A stretch of DNA of 60,849 bases, counting the filler, from Dugesia japonica (taxonomy: Eukaryota): NCBI GenBank assembly GCA_001938525.1. It is 5 parts of 5 records of this genome, joined end to end, with 100 filler letters (N's around TTAATTAATTAA, not from the genome) between each part and the next. Parts side by side here need not be neighbours in the genome. Positions count along the whole stretch, not along the records: positions 1 to 17,371 come from MQRL01625762.1; positions 17,472 to 27,434 come from MQRL01487345.1; 3 more parts are not named here. One strand, 5' to 3'. A program made the position numbers and the translations under genes. The notes under the pieces were generated by a model. That model did not search any database, was not told the DNA's origin, and saw only the letters and a program-made list of their open reading frames with translations. This document shows, piece by piece, positions 12,801 to 25,859 of this stretch (positions within the stretch are counted from its first letter, which is position 1; each line of letters begins with the position of its first letter).

Positions 12801-15800
12801 AATTTTTTTAAGTTTTTATGTTTCAATTATATATAAGTCAATTTGGTATAGATGGATCTATAGAATTGAATAACCCTGTAACTAAGTTGATCTGTTCCCT
12901 AGTGCTTAAGGCGCCTAACTCTCACTGAATTTTGACATTGTATGCAAATTCTCCTTGAATTCTGATGACTTACTTTTACCTATCATTTCAAGAATTTCGT
13001 TATTGAATATATGAATAAAAATACAATGTGTATATAAGAGTCACAAATGAAATATATCAAATTTATATAAGAGTTTTTTTATATAACCATAAAAACTTTA
13101 CCACTAAATTGTCCATTAATGAAATTCTTTTAGTAAAAACTTCTTTTCATTCAATAATTTTAAAACATTTAGAACTTTGCATCTTTACATTTGCCTTCGA
13201 ATGAAATCTTGATAATACAACACATACGGCTATGGATAGATAACATTTGNNNNNNNNNNNNNNNNNNNNNNNNNNNNNNNNNNNNNNNNNNNNNNNNNNN
13301 NNNNNNNNNNNNNNNNNNNNNNNNNNNNNNNNNNNNNNNNNNNNNNNCAATTCAAAGAATGACAAAAAGCGTAATATAATAATTTTCAGATTTATGATTG
13401 TCTTTTTATACAGAAAGATAATCTAGTTTACTAATAAGTAGTAGATTTTACAATTCTTTCACGTTTTCCCTAAGGGTTGGGATTTTTTTGCCATTCATCA
13501 AATAGCTTTTCTTTTTGCTTTACAATTCTTGAAATAACGCTTTGGTTAACACCAAATTCTTTTGCCAAAATAATTTGACTTTCATTATTTNNAAGTGTTT
13601 TAAGCACATCAATGTGTTCGCGTAGCGTTAAGGCTTTACATTTGAGTTTTTCAGCCATGAAAAATGAATTTAAATCACAAGAGAAGGCGTAAAAAAGGCG
13701 TACTTTCTAGTTGGTTTGGAAAAGCATAAGGCTATTAATTACCAATAAGTGGACCAATAAGCAAATTTCTTCCTTCTTCGTTTGATAATATTTGCATTGG
13801 TTTTGTAGTAAGGTTTGACTATGTTTTGTGCAATATTCTCAACTTTCATGAGAAAATGTGATACATAGTCATAAACCACAAACTGCTGATTTTTTAGTCA
13901 TATTACTGATAAGTAAAAAACCTGCTGATATCGGTAAATGCTTTCAATGAAACCTTTCATCAGTAGGTAAAACCGATTCGAAATCAACATATATTACATA
14001 AGCTTGAGTCACCTGTTTGTGTTACACTATATATAGATTGAATACGAGTGCTAAATATACATTTCGAATTTAATAATCGATTCACTACAGCAATGCAGTG
14101 GAATTTATTATTTTCCTACAATATTATATACATTGGATGATCCTCGACTACTTTAGAGCGATGGATAATGTCGGTTGAATACGTTAAATATTATATGGAG
14201 CTAAATTTTAATATTAAATTTAATATTTTAATTAATTTTAATATTATCTTGAAAATTCCGATTAAAAAACTAAATTTGAAATAATTCTAATCAGAAGCAT
14301 GTATTGAAAAGTTTGCTTACATTATTTCCCAATCCAATGTTTGCATTTTTAGGGTTAAAGAACACAATGTGGCAATCAATAAAAAAATAGTGACGGCCAA
14401 ATAAATGGCTGTAAAAACAGAATTTATTAATCAAATTTCTAATTGCAAAAAAGAAATTAAATGGTCTAAATTCGTAAAAGTAGCCAGAAACAATGAAAGT
14501 TCGATTAAATAGTTTAACAGCTACTAACCAATTCTACAAATGTCGCCTGAAAGCAGAAAAAAATATAAACAAATGCTGATTTATTCAAATTTGTTAGAAA
14601 ATATAAAAAATGAAAATCTATAAATTTCATCTTTACACAAAAATCATAATCTTTATTTATTAATTCCAGGGATTTTAACAGTGATACCTAAATCAGTGAT
14701 TATCAAATGGGGATATATAACCCCCTGGGAGGCTACAGAAAATATTTTGGAAAATAAAGGGCCACGAAGACAAAAAAAAGCCACAAAAACTTAAATTGTT
14801 AAAATAAAAATCGAATAAAAAACATCAGCATTAAACAGAAACCAATTTTTTTAAAAACCTTAACTAATCATTTGAATTGACAGGTATTTTAAAATTTTAA
14901 GAATTAATTTAAAAAGAATTAAAGTTAATTATTTTGTTAAAAAAAATAATTAATCTGTTTAAATTAATTTTTTTTAATAAAAAAAATATTTTTTAAATAT
15001 TAAAATCCCGTAAAGTAATTATTTGGGAATATATTTTTAAAAAACAGAGTTCACTTTCAGATTATTTAGGTTGGTATGAAATATTTATTTTGTTTGAATA
15101 AACAAAATAATAAAAAAATTCTTTTTGTTTTAAATAAAATGATGGAGAATAAATATAATTATTTTGGATTCTACGGTGAACGACTCTGACAAAATCGTTT
15201 GGTAGTTTATGTTCAGTAGAATATGGAATACTTATCAACAAATATTGACATCATAATTCATTGAAATTTTTTCACGAATAACTTTATAATTGATTCTTCA
15301 TACTTTTCCATACTTACATTATAATATAGGACACAAAGTCGATTTTTCTCAACAATTCATTTGCCAATTTTTAGATTTTATGGATCAAAATATAATCAAC
15401 AATAAAAATAATAATTATAATTTATAATATCAATAATTTATTGTTCATTACAAGTGGATTAATTTTGTATAGAAAAATATGAAATGGGAATATTAAAATT
15501 TGTCAGTGAGTATTAATTTTGTAATAACTAATTGAGATCTCAAATTATTCTATCAATTTTAGAAATATTTATTCCCAATTCGATTACAAAAACAACTTAC
15601 ATGTAGCTCTTCAATAGCATTACTTTCGATATTTAATTCTTTTAATAAACTGCAATTACTGAGTGATTCCGGAATCTTCTCTATTTGATTATACCTAATA
15701 TAAAAAAAATTAATCAAGGTCATTTAACTAAAGTATAATATGCGTATTTTTCGGATAAACAATCCTCTTTTAGATATTGAACAGTAACGCATTTATAGAT

Positions 15801-16021
15801 GATTATTACTGTCAACCGGATGTGACATGTTAAAGTGTTTACAAAATTGAATATACAATATTCTCAACGTTCAATTTTTACCGAAAAATAATATCAATGA
15901 ATTCAAACAAACTTGATTCCAATGAATTCTAATTCTTTTAAATTTCCAATCGTTTCTGGTAATTGAATAATTTGATTATATTCTAAATTCAACCGTTTCA
16001 ATTTATTGCAATTTCCAAGTT
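893..16021 (-). CDS. SHOC2/Sur-8-like leucine-rich repeat protein, 5'-partial; exons 15913-16021, 15601-15694, 11257-11361, 11093-11207, 8222-8346, 8009-8166, 2968-3035, 2706-2872, 2385-2662, 893-998
   Basis: Ten phase-compatible GT-AG exons encode LRRs collinear with the recalled SHOC2 C-terminal half (ELGNCNKLKRLNLEYN; YNQIEKIPESLSNCSLLKELNIESN; LFLKDNVLLNNLPVTLAGMKNLNFLSLNGCPLKDIP...VIAYLK versus SHOC2 [32 protein letters not shown]...IIQFLK). 5' exons were not found before the contig break. The last exon (893-998) is inferred from phase only; read-through gives a stop at 2372. Confidence 0.8.
5401..6300 (-). pseudogene. Polinton/Maverick (adintovirus-type) protein-primed family B DNA polymerase, C-terminal remnant
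   Basis: Motifs in the expected order: NNVLYGRTMEN (KxxxNsxxGK-like), DRPSYIGQVVLDLSKL, *DTNSLF (YxDTDS-like), DTSNYPKHQLYS...IGLF*DE, FLRPKC, FRSINH*VYT...LDDKRFW...MAYGH*. Internal stops are present. Lies in an intron of the SHOC2-like gene. Confidence 0.85.
6740..7890 (-). mobile_element. Penelope-like retroelement remnant (RT C-terminus, GIY-YIG endonuclease, 3' pLTR)
   Basis: Minus strand reads WFRYIDDIFL (about 7822-7853), then QLYVKPFHSGHILPWSS, then YKITCTLCRNTYIEETCRTIRTRIKKH (GIY-YIG with Cys pair), then a degenerate hammerhead core near 6850-6876. Confidence 0.85.
8405..8625. repeat. Long foldback inverted repeat (about 90-100 bp arms)
   Basis: aaaattacgaaaatacactaagcgta...taaagtaacaaaat is mirrored by attttgttacttta...tacgcttagtgtattttcgcaatttt. 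Confidence 0.85.
10845..11005. repeat. Inverted repeat probably derived from Penelope pLTR sequence
   Basis: ttcattaaattaaaagctt...aatattgtttttc pairs with gaaaaacaatatt...aagcttttaatttaatgaa. The arms resemble the gaagcttttattttaatgaa motif of the pLTR copies at 44829 and 49087. Confidence 0.55.
11510..12878 (+). mobile_element. IS630/Tc1-superfamily DNA transposon, full-length but decayed
   Basis: TIRs CAGGGTTATTCAAATCTATAGATC / GATCTATAGAATTGAATAACCCTG. Internal DDE remnant VLITGNARIYK...FKFLQPYSLQLNPIEEFLAMIK. Confidence 0.88.
13470..14015 (-). mobile_element. pogo/Tigger-like transposon 5' fragment (CENP-B-type HTH)
   Basis: ORF MAEKLKCKALTLREHIDVLK...LAKEFGVNQSVISRIVKQKEKL resembles the CENP-B N-terminal HTH. 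Candidate terminus CAGGTGACTC near 14015. Confidence 0.7.
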
Positions 16022-16299
16022 CTAAAATTTTATTCGAATAAATATTATTTCACATATTATATTTTAACTAATATTTTTATTTTAATACGAGCTACAGTCA
16101 ATCGATTTATTATTTTATAGATTTTCAAAGTACAAAAATTTAAAATAGAATATTTACTTTATTATTTTTATCATTTTTATTGAGTTTCCGATATTCATAA
16201 AAATAAAATCAAATCGAAATTAATTTCAAAGTTAACTTTTTAAATTTTTTAGCTTATTTAATTTGTTTAGAAAAACCAATTTATATCTTTTATTAATAA

Positions 16300-17190
16300 A
16301 AACAGGGTGTTCAAAAAGTCTTAAGACAATTTCAAAAATTTATTAGGGTTGGAAATATACTAGAAAACTCTTGAAATATATTGTGTAATAAACATTGATT
16401 AATAAAGTTTTTGTCCATTTAAAATAAAATTTCTATATTCAAAAAAAAATTGAAAAAAATTTATAAATAAATAAAATAAAAAATATTAGAGGGATAGAGG
16501 CAAATTTTTTTTTTAATTTCCCTGTGTATTTAGTTTGGAAAACTTTTTGCACACAAATTATGTAATGAGATTAATTTCATCAGTGAAANNNNNNNNNNNN
16601 NNNNNNNNNNNNNNNNNNNNNNNNNNNNNNNNNNNNNNATAATTCTATTAAGTTGATTAGTATTTTATTTACAATAAAAATTTACAAACATAATAATTAT
16701 TCAATTCGATGATTTTTATAAATTATCATTTTACGATGAAAATTATGTTCTTGTTAAATGAGTTTTTGAATTCATAAAAAACACAGTGTTCAAAAAGTCT
16801 TTAGACAATTTAAAAAATTTAATAAAATTGGAAATATACTAGAAAACTCTTNAAATATATTGTGTAATAAACATTGATTAATAAAGTTTTTTGTCCATTT
16901 AAAATGAAATTTCTATATTGAAAAAAAAATAAAATAAAAATTGAAAAAAAATGAATAAATAAAATAAAAAGTATTAGAGTGATATGGGCAATCTAGAACA
17001 CCACATATTCAGTAACCTCCCTCCCCTCGATCATGGCGTAACGAAACATAGTCCTAATGCATTTATTTGGGAATTTATAAATTGCATCATTATGTAACTA
17101 TTGCATTATTGTTTTTAAATTTCCCTGTGTATTTAGTTTGGAAAACTTTTTGCACACAAATTATGTAATGAGATTAATTTCATCAGTGAA
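16300..17190. repeat. Near-identical tandem duplication of a segment starting CAGGGTGTTCAAAAAGTC (Tc1-like terminus)
   Basis: 16304-16587 is repeated at 16783-17190 on either side of an N gap. Possibly an assembly duplication. Confidence 0.6.
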
Positions 17191-17371
17191 ATCTTATGAA
17201 ATGGNATTAACTGTTTTTAATTTTTTCCAATGTATTTAGTTGGGAAATTTTTTTAGGTTTTCTAAGCAGCAATATTTTTTCAGGTATTTTAGGAAGGAAA
17301 AAATATTTATGTTGATAAATTTTAAATTTTTTAAATGATTTTTTTATGGGAATCTGGGTGAACAGTCTACA

Positions 17372-17471
17372 NNNNNNNNNNNNNNNNNNNNNNNNNNNNN
17401 NNNNNNNNNNNNNNNTTAATTAATTAANNNNNNNNNNNNNNNNNNNNNNNNNNNNNNNNNNNNNNNNNNNN
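17372..17471. other. Artificial contig-join spacer (N44-TTAATTAATTAA-N44)
   Basis: Six-frame stop linker at 17416-17427 centred in an exact 100-nt gap. Confidence 0.95.
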
Positions 17472-17803
17472 AAATTTTTGTGCTTTGATTCAAAAATTTT
17501 TTTTAAAAAAGTCGAAAGTCACAAATGAAATAATTTTATACACAATTTATTGTAGATTTTTAGAAATGACAATTTTGTGGTGAAATTTTGGAAGATTTTT
17601 AAATGAAATGTTATTAATATATAATTATGTTCTGTAAATTTTAATCTAAAATTTTAAATTTATTAAAAAATAATTTCCAATTAAAGCATGGAGTTTTAAT
17701 TTGTTTAAATAAACAAATAATTGTGGCATAGTTTTGTGTGTGAACATATTTTCAATGGAATCACGTTTTGATATTAATGATCCGATGAGTACTTCAGACT
17801 CAT

Positions 17804-18632
17804 CTAACATGGTGGCAGCGGTAAACACCGATGCGATCAAAGAGAGATTGTTGCCAAAAATATTTTGCAGAGGCGATGATCTAGAGAATTTTAATCAACG
17901 GTGTGAAATATACTTCGAAGCAAAGGACATCGTTACTAAGAAAGATCAGGAGAGTTGGATAACATATATGCTTCATGAAGATTTAATTTAGGCATATGTG
18001 AAAATATTGAAGAAAGTTGGCGGATATCGAGAGAGATTTGGATTAGCTTTTGAGAGCAAGATAGATGTAATGAAAGACTTACATAATCTTGAAAGCTATC
18101 GACCTGGTGATAATGACCTTGAGATGGTTTTTAAAAAAGTGGAATATTTGGTGTATAAATATCTAGCAAATGGAGAGCCGACGAAAGAAAAACAATGTCA
18201 AATTGCTAATAATTTGTGTGGATAGTAAAAAAGTAGGAGAAGAGAGGTATGCAAGAAAATAACATCTATAATAAAAGAAAAACTAATACCAGATCTTATT
18301 GGTGGAGTGGAATTTCAGAATTTATTTAGGTATCATCTTCAAATAAAGTGTAGGGTAATCATCAATAATCATCGAGACAAAATTCGGAACGCAGATACAG
18401 ACGGATAAACGATTTAGACATGCAAAGGAGATTTTAGAAATTGACAAAGATTGACTGAGATTATCTCGACGATATTCTCATATTTACAGAAAAAAGAAGC
18501 AACACTATGAAATAGTCAATAAATATTTGACAGAAATTTAGAATGCTGGTCTAAGAGTTAATCTGGAGAAATGTCATTTCATGCGAAAGGAGATCAAATT
18601 TTTGGGACACATTATCAGTAAAGATGGTGTCA
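17804..18632 (+). mobile_element. Ty3/gypsy LTR retrotransposon remnant (LTR end, PBS, gag, RT fragment)
   Basis: CTAACA followed by TGGTGGCAGCGGT, complementary to the recalled tRNA-Leu 3' end. Gag-like MVAAVNTD...CEIYFEAK and RT fragment VNLEKCHFMRKEIKFLGHIISKDG. Confidence 0.8.
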
Positions 18633-18659
18633 ACTAAAATATAAGCAATTAAGAACTTT

Positions 18660-20480
18660 GGTAAACCAAAATTATCAAAAGTAACGCTTATTTCATCTGT
18701 ATATTTTAATTTCTTGCTGCCTGATCCGTTACATAACTGCTCTAAGATCCTTAAATTTCAAACGTAGTTTTTCTAAACGTCTTGTAATAATTACAAATTT
18801 TCAAGAAACTTCGTAACTTCTTCACACAGTTAGGTTTGGTAAATGTTCTTATTCCTTCTATTTTAGACGGATCAGTTCTAACACCATCCTTGCTAATTAT
18901 GTGTCCAAGAAACGTGATTTCGCGTTGAAGAAGCGGACACTTTTCTGGAGTAATTATTAAACCAGCCTTCATTATTTACATCAATACTATGTCAATGACT
19001 TCATAGCGTTGATCTTTATTTTTCGTTAATATGAGAATGCCATCAAGATAAATGGTGGTTCCATTGATTCCGCCTACCACTTTTGTCATCATATCTTGAA
19101 ATGTCCCTGGTGCTATTGCGATGCCAAATGGCATTCTATTAAAACAATGTTGTCCGTGTTTCGTTGAAAACGTCATTATTTCTTGAGATTCTTCTTCGTG
19201 CTCTCTCTGATAGTATGCATTTCCTAGATTTATTGAACTGAAATATTTGGCTCCATCTAATTTTTCCAGCATGTCATCGACATTAGGCATAGGAAATGCT
19301 TGACTTTTCGTTACAGCATTCAATTTTCTGAAATCCAAACATATTCTTATGTCCTTCTATTCTTTTTTTCTAAACACAGATCAGTGGGGTATTCCATGGA
19401 GAGTTGTATTTCTGGATAATATTATTCTCGTATAGGTTTTGGATAGCTTCTTCAATTTGAGATTCTAAGTTTATTGGTTGTCTATACGGTTTTACATTGA
19501 TTGGTTCACCACTTAGATTATTTTGTGTCTTGTCAGATGTGTGCGTCTTACATAATATTTATCTGCCATAAAAACATCTTCTTTACTTCCAATTATTTTC
19601 AATTATTTTGGATCCTCTTTAATCTTCAAAATATTTAAGGCTAATGTCAATTGTTCTCCTTTTATAAATTTGTTTCCCAAATTTTGCTTCAATATTACAA
19701 ATGTAATTTTCATCTACCTTACTATCAACCTTTTGCATAAACTGATATCCAAAAATCTTCTGCATATTTATTCATGCTATCAGATCTGGTTTCACTCTTT
19801 CAGTAACTAAAAAGTAATCTCTTTGCAAGCATTATCAATTATCACTACCGATCTAACTTTCCCAACAATTTCAAGTGTGCTATTATTTACACAACACAAT
19901 CTTTCATCACTCATTTATAAATATATTTTTTGTAATTAATGAAAACAATTCAAACTCATACCGTTAATTCCAGCCCATTACATTCAACTTACATAAACAT
20001 TCAACTTTATTTCCTTGAATTGATACCGTAACACTTGGTCTGGTTTACAATTTATGATACAAAATATTTGTTTTCTTTTTTGCTTCAACTGTTCCAACCC
20101 ATTCTACTTTTCTATCATCCGCAAAATTTTCCCTCTTTAAGAACTTTAATTTAAATAAACTTGAATCTCTTCATTTCCACGCCTGTAGTTAATCAAATTT
20201 TGAAAAACTTTGATAAAATCTTTTTCTTTCTCAAATGTCACACTTAAGCGAGCCTGAAAACCTTCAACTTTTTCAACGTCTTTGCAAATTTTTCTAACAA
20301 ATCTTCATCGAGCAAACAAGATACTAATATATCATGTTGTTTTGTTTAGGTGATGTTTTTAGCTTCAAAATACAATTCACACTGTTTGATAAATTTCTCA
20401 ATATACTCTTCTCAGTAGAACACATTCGGTAATAACCTCTTTGTAATAAAATCGGTATTTACCGCTGCCACCATGTTAGG
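18660..20480 (-). mobile_element. Ty3/gypsy LTR retrotransposon remnant (PBS, gag, RT), same family as 17804 in opposite orientation
   Basis: Same LTR-end/PBS at 20461-20479. RT segments DFRKLNAVT...FSSINLGNAYYQ...RMPFGI...IYLDGILI and EITFLGHIISKDGVRTDPSKI. Confidence 0.9.
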
Positions 20481-21049
20481 TAGATCTTCAATTGGAAATT
20501 TATTTTGCAAATCACAACTAATTTTTTTAGACATCATTTATTTTACTACTACAACGCAAGTTTAATAAGATAAAAATAAATGAAATAGAAGAATGTCAAT
20601 CTTATTATTCAGATAACTCTATTTCTATTGGATGAGATAATTATTTCATAATGTTTTCCTTATACAAATTAATTAAAAAATTAAAGTAAATTAAATAAAA
20701 CTTTTTGTACGAAAATTATTTAATACGCAATGTATTGTAGATTTTAGAAATGATAGTTTTGTAGTAAAATCCTGGAAGATTTTTAAATGGCATGTTATTA
20801 GCAAATGATCATTTTGTTTTAAAGTTTTGTAAAATTTTAAATGAAATGTTATTAACAAATAATTATTTTCTCTAAATTTTCGAAATAATTTAAATGAAAG
20901 TTTTAATCTAAAATTTTAACTAAAATTATTTTTCCAATTAGAGCATGGAGTTTTAATTTGTTTGAATAAACAAATAATTATGGTTGTAATTTTGTTAGAG
21001 AATAAATTTTCTATGGAATCGAGTTTTGGTTAAAAGAAAAATTAATAAA

Positions 21050-22975
21050 AGAAAAGTCATTTCTCCCAATTATTGAAGAATGTAGTGGAATTCGACAAAA
21101 AGAAAAGGAACGTTTCAAAAACTTTGAATTAAAAATTTTAAGATCATTCAAAGAAATATTTAAATCAGGATTGACTGTGGAGGAAACTGCTAATCAAATA
21201 ATCAAGAAAAGATTTGGTTCAGAAGAACTAAGAAATCATTTACTCCTAAACCAGAAATAAAGCCGGATTAAATAAGAAAGTTGGTTGAAAACGTTGAGAA
21301 TAACGATAAAAATAACACAGATTAATAAGTTGACTTACTCAGAAGTACAATTGCATGTTACAGTACAAGAATTAAGAAAATTGATTTAAAAGGTTCTAAC
21401 TATAATAAACCTAGAAATAATATAATCGAAAAAGCAATTCCAATTGCTGAAAAATTTAATAATTCAAAAAACAGCAGAGAATGTCAATTTAGAAATATGC
21501 CAAGATCAATTTTATTGGAAGAAAATTGTACAATAGATCAAAAGGACTCCTTCCATCAAAAGAAGAACAATTTCAAAAATGTTAATGCTTTTGCTGTGGT
21601 CTGATGGGTCATATACGTAATAACTGCCGTTTTAAATCATTTTGCCTAATTTGTGGTAAAACGGGTCACAGTTTAAGAAACTGTCGATTACTTGGAAATC
21701 AGATATATCACAACCATAATTCTGTGAAATGCTTTTCAGAAGAAGATGGCAATGTAGATGAAAGATATTAAGATTTAAAGATAATTAATAATAATATTAG
21801 CTATTTAAACGAAAGAAAATCGATTGTTTCCGTTTTGTTGATCGAGTCAATACAATAAAAATTGAAAATCAGAATTGTGATATGTATAAGAAGAGTGGCG
21901 TAAGAATTCGAAGTATGGTCAAAGTTAGAAGTAAAATGTTCGAAATTTTGTGGAATACAAGTGTTTCAATATCAGTGTGGATATTTTCCATTGGATAAAT
22001 GCAATATTAAATTGAGTGGCGCATTTTCAAAATAAGCAGTGAATTGTTCAGTAATTGGAAAATTTCTAATAGAATTTTGAAATGTGAAGAAAATTGTTTG
22101 GATTGTAATTGTTGATGGAATAAAGCCAGAATTTATTGGTGGAATTGATATGTTTAATGCATTTAATATTCAATAAAAAATTCTTAATATTTTGGACTCA
22201 GAGAACATGAACGACAAATTCACTGATAATTATCTTTGTAAGGCAGCATTAGCCGGATTTGTACCGAAAGATAATGATTTCAAAGAAAGGCTTCTAAAGT
22301 TTTCAAATATATTTATGGCAGGTACTTTTGATCTTGGAAAAACACATGTTGTAAACATTTTATTCCAACAGTTAGTGACCCTATTATACAACAGCATGTG
22401 TATAAAATTGTATACAATGTATACAATTTCGAATGGGATTTTATTTAAAAGTGTAATTGTATACATTGAAATTTTAATATTTGCAAAAATTCGATCAGAA
22501 CATGTCAAAATACTTGAAAATGTATTTCAAAGAATTCAGAATTCTGTTCTCAAAATCAATCTAAATAAATATAAATTATATCAAAGTGAATTGTTATTTT
22601 TAGGCCATACAGTTTGCAAAACACTTATATGCTGCAACGGAGGGCGATAAACGAGAAATCCAATGGACTGGATAGTGCAAAACAAGCTTTAATAAGATCA
22701 AGTAGGCTTTATGTACTGCACCAATATTAGGTTTTCAAATTAAAGCAACTAGTTTTTATTGGATACTGATGCTAACTTTAGTGGAATCGGTGCAGTATTG
22801 AGCCAAATTCAAAACGTTCCTGAAGTGGTAATTCCATATGGCTCAAGACTATTAAATGCTCCTGAAAAATGCTATTGCGTGACACGTAAAGAATTCCTGG
22901 CGTTATATGAATTCATCAAGCATTATCTGCATTATTTATATGGGAAAATGTTGTTGCACGAGCCGTTCACAAGGA
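21050..22975 (+). mobile_element. Ty3/gypsy remnant: gag zinc knuckles, protease, RT and RNase H fragments
   Basis: CFCCGLMGHIRNNC and CLICGKTGHSLRNC knuckles; LWNTSVSISV protease-like motif; LLFLGHTV; DTDANFSGIGAVLSQ...YCVTRKEFLAL RNase H. Confidence 0.85.
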
Positions 22976-23020
22976 ATTATTATAATAATAATTATTATTA
23001 TTAAAATTATTATTATTATA

Positions 23021-23067
<47 letters not shown>

Positions 23068-23075
23068 TTAATAAT
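22975..23075. repeat. (ATT)n microsatellite
   Basis: Direct reading of the sequence. Confidence 0.9.
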
Positions 23076-24759
23076 TCATTAATTAATAAATTAATTAATA
23101 TATTCATTAAAATATAAATTTTAAATAATTGATTTAATAAATTCAGAAAAATATTAAAAAAAATTAATATAATTTATTTACATTAAAAACGTAATTTTCA
23201 TTAAAGGTTGTCCTAATATCCCATTGAAAATGAATTTAACGCTATTGAGTGGTACAAAAACATTTTCTTAATAAAACATTTAATAAACATTGCAAAATAA
23301 AAATTTCGTCTTACTTTGGACTTTGTTTAACGTTTCTTCTGAAAATAAAATTTATTTTCCACAAAATTAATTATTTTGAAATTATTGAAAACAAAATCCT
23401 TTTTATTTTTTTTGAATTTTAATTAAATAAATTTTATTATTATTTTCATAAAATAACAAACGGAATTAGATCAGTACCTTAATAAGAAATAATAAATATA
23501 AATAAAATGAATATTTAATATAATTAAAATGATTTAACAAACTTTTCTTGGTTAAGAACTTTAATTAATTTAATTTGAATTCCAAAAAAAAATGAAAATT
23601 ACAAAATATCAATGTAATATTTTAATTCATTTAAATAAACAAAATAAATGAAATAACAATCAAAACGTTTATAGATTGGAAAAGCAAAAATTCAATTATG
23701 AAGGGTAATATAATTGATAAAATAATAAATCGTTATTTAAAACACTTGCCTAAAAGGTTTGAATTTTTTTTAGAAAATGTTTCAGCATCCTGCCAATTAT
23801 GTGTAGTGGAGTAATGAGTAAAGCAATCACTTCCTTAAGAAAACAAACAGAAAAACACAAGAAAATCGGAACAGGAGCATCAGCGATTAATATGCTCGTT
23901 CTACGCCACAGCATATCAATTTTGAGAAAGAGCAGAAGCCCATGTCTGTCACAGATTGTCAGGCAAGCGGTAAATATGATAAGTTAATAAAATAAAACAC
24001 ATTTTTCGTATTTTTGTATATACTTCATTTATAAAAAAAGATAAATAGAAACTAATTATTTAATGATCATTAAATTGATTTAATTGTTAGTTTAATTTGT
24101 TATTATTTATTTTACATGTATAAAGTTTTTTGACAAATCAAATCATACATATTCCAGCATTCAAAATAGCGTTGTCTCAACGGGGCTCTACAAATTGCCG
24201 CCCAAACAAAACTAATTGATTATTAATACTAATAATATTAAAATGTTATAAACCAGGAAAAATTAGAAATCTAATAAATACATCGAAATCCAGAAATTTA
24301 TTAAAGTCTCCATTTTAAGAAACTACATTTTAAAAATTTATGTTATTCCCACTTAAATACTTTTCTGAAGTATGAAGTATTATTTTTGCCAAAATTTAAA
24401 ATAGAAAACTAAAAAAATTTCATTAGGGAAACACTCGATAACCTTTGAATATTTAAATCATCAAGACTAATTGAATACCAAAAATTTCATTTAAATAAAA
24501 AAGCAAAATAATTACAAACTACATTTAATATATCATTTCTAGTCAATTTAAATATAATTTCCTAATATATTTGTACAAAAAATAATTTTAAAGAAAACAA
24601 TATTTTAAATATAAAAATAGTTTAAAAGTAAAATATAAAAAAAGTTAAAAATAAAACCTAAAAATTGTATTGATAAATACAGTCTTGCTGCACAATTAAC
24701 AATGTGGCATTGCACAAAACAAGATTATATTGCACATTTTCCGGCTGTTACATTTGCTA

Positions 24760-25100
24760 CTTCTTGAAGTATTAATGTAGACAGATAAACTTCATATTAG
24801 TTTATCAGTCCGGATCTATCTTAACTTTTAATTTTCGAAAATACATTTTTAATCGGGTTTATCAAGTACGAAAAGGTGATTTAAACATTTAAATTGAAAT
24901 CTTAATTAATTTGTTGTTCTTTCTAAATCATCTCACACATGAACTCGGGCATTGTTAAAAATTAAGGACGCATTTTTAAACTTAGCAAAATCGAGCAAAT
25001 ATGTACACAATTCATTTAAATATTCTGTACAAATTGCACCATTAACAGTAGACTCAGTAATATTTTAGACAACCACTTTCCGCTGATTGTAATGCTTGAA
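24760..25100 (-). mobile_element. IS630/Tc1 DDE transposase remnant
   Basis: Minus strand reads STVNGAICTEYLNELC...ASLIFNNARVH (DNARxH-like), followed by a frameshifted NPIxNVFSKIK-like segment. Confidence 0.65.
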
Positions 25101-25859
25101 ATCAAAAAAAAAGATCTTCATTTCATTGCATATGTTATGTGATTATTCTCATTGGTTTAATGTTCACTTAAATTTTATGTATTATATTTACTATTTATTA
25201 AGTAGGTAAGAAAGTAATGTCGTATTTGAAACTATATTTTATTAATCAAGAAAATAATCATAGATTTTGTTAATCATAAAATAATTTTCATGACTTTTGA
25301 TGACTTTTGATAATCTGTTAGGCAAAAACTCAATGTTCTTTGAACTGATCTTTCAACTTACTAAACATTATCATCAACGCCTGAAAAAAATGCGGGACGA
25401 TCGCTATCTACATAATTTCCCCATCAAAATCGATCAATCAATTACCGTTTAATATTATTATTGTAATTAATTTCATCATTCTGGTTCAGTCACTGTCTGA
25501 TTAGGGTGAAATGCAAACCGAAATCAGAAACAAACACGTTACTCACCCTAACCCAGACAAAGAATTCACATAGTGACAACCAAAATTCGTCAGAGGTCAT
25601 ACGAGGTGACCAACAAAATAAAAGTCAGTGCAAGAAGAAAGTGTGCGAGAAAATGAACACTCGAAGCGGTAGAGTTGCACACAAAATGAGAAAAATGCCG
25701 TTTCAATTGGCATCAGCATCTCACTTTCCCTACTTTCCAGCAGTAATAAAACCGGGAGGCACGAAGGAAAAACAACACTTTTTTAATACTATTTTTAATC
25801 ATTTACATTACCATCCGAACTCTAAAAACATTTTCGACATAAATATCATTAAATAGCTT

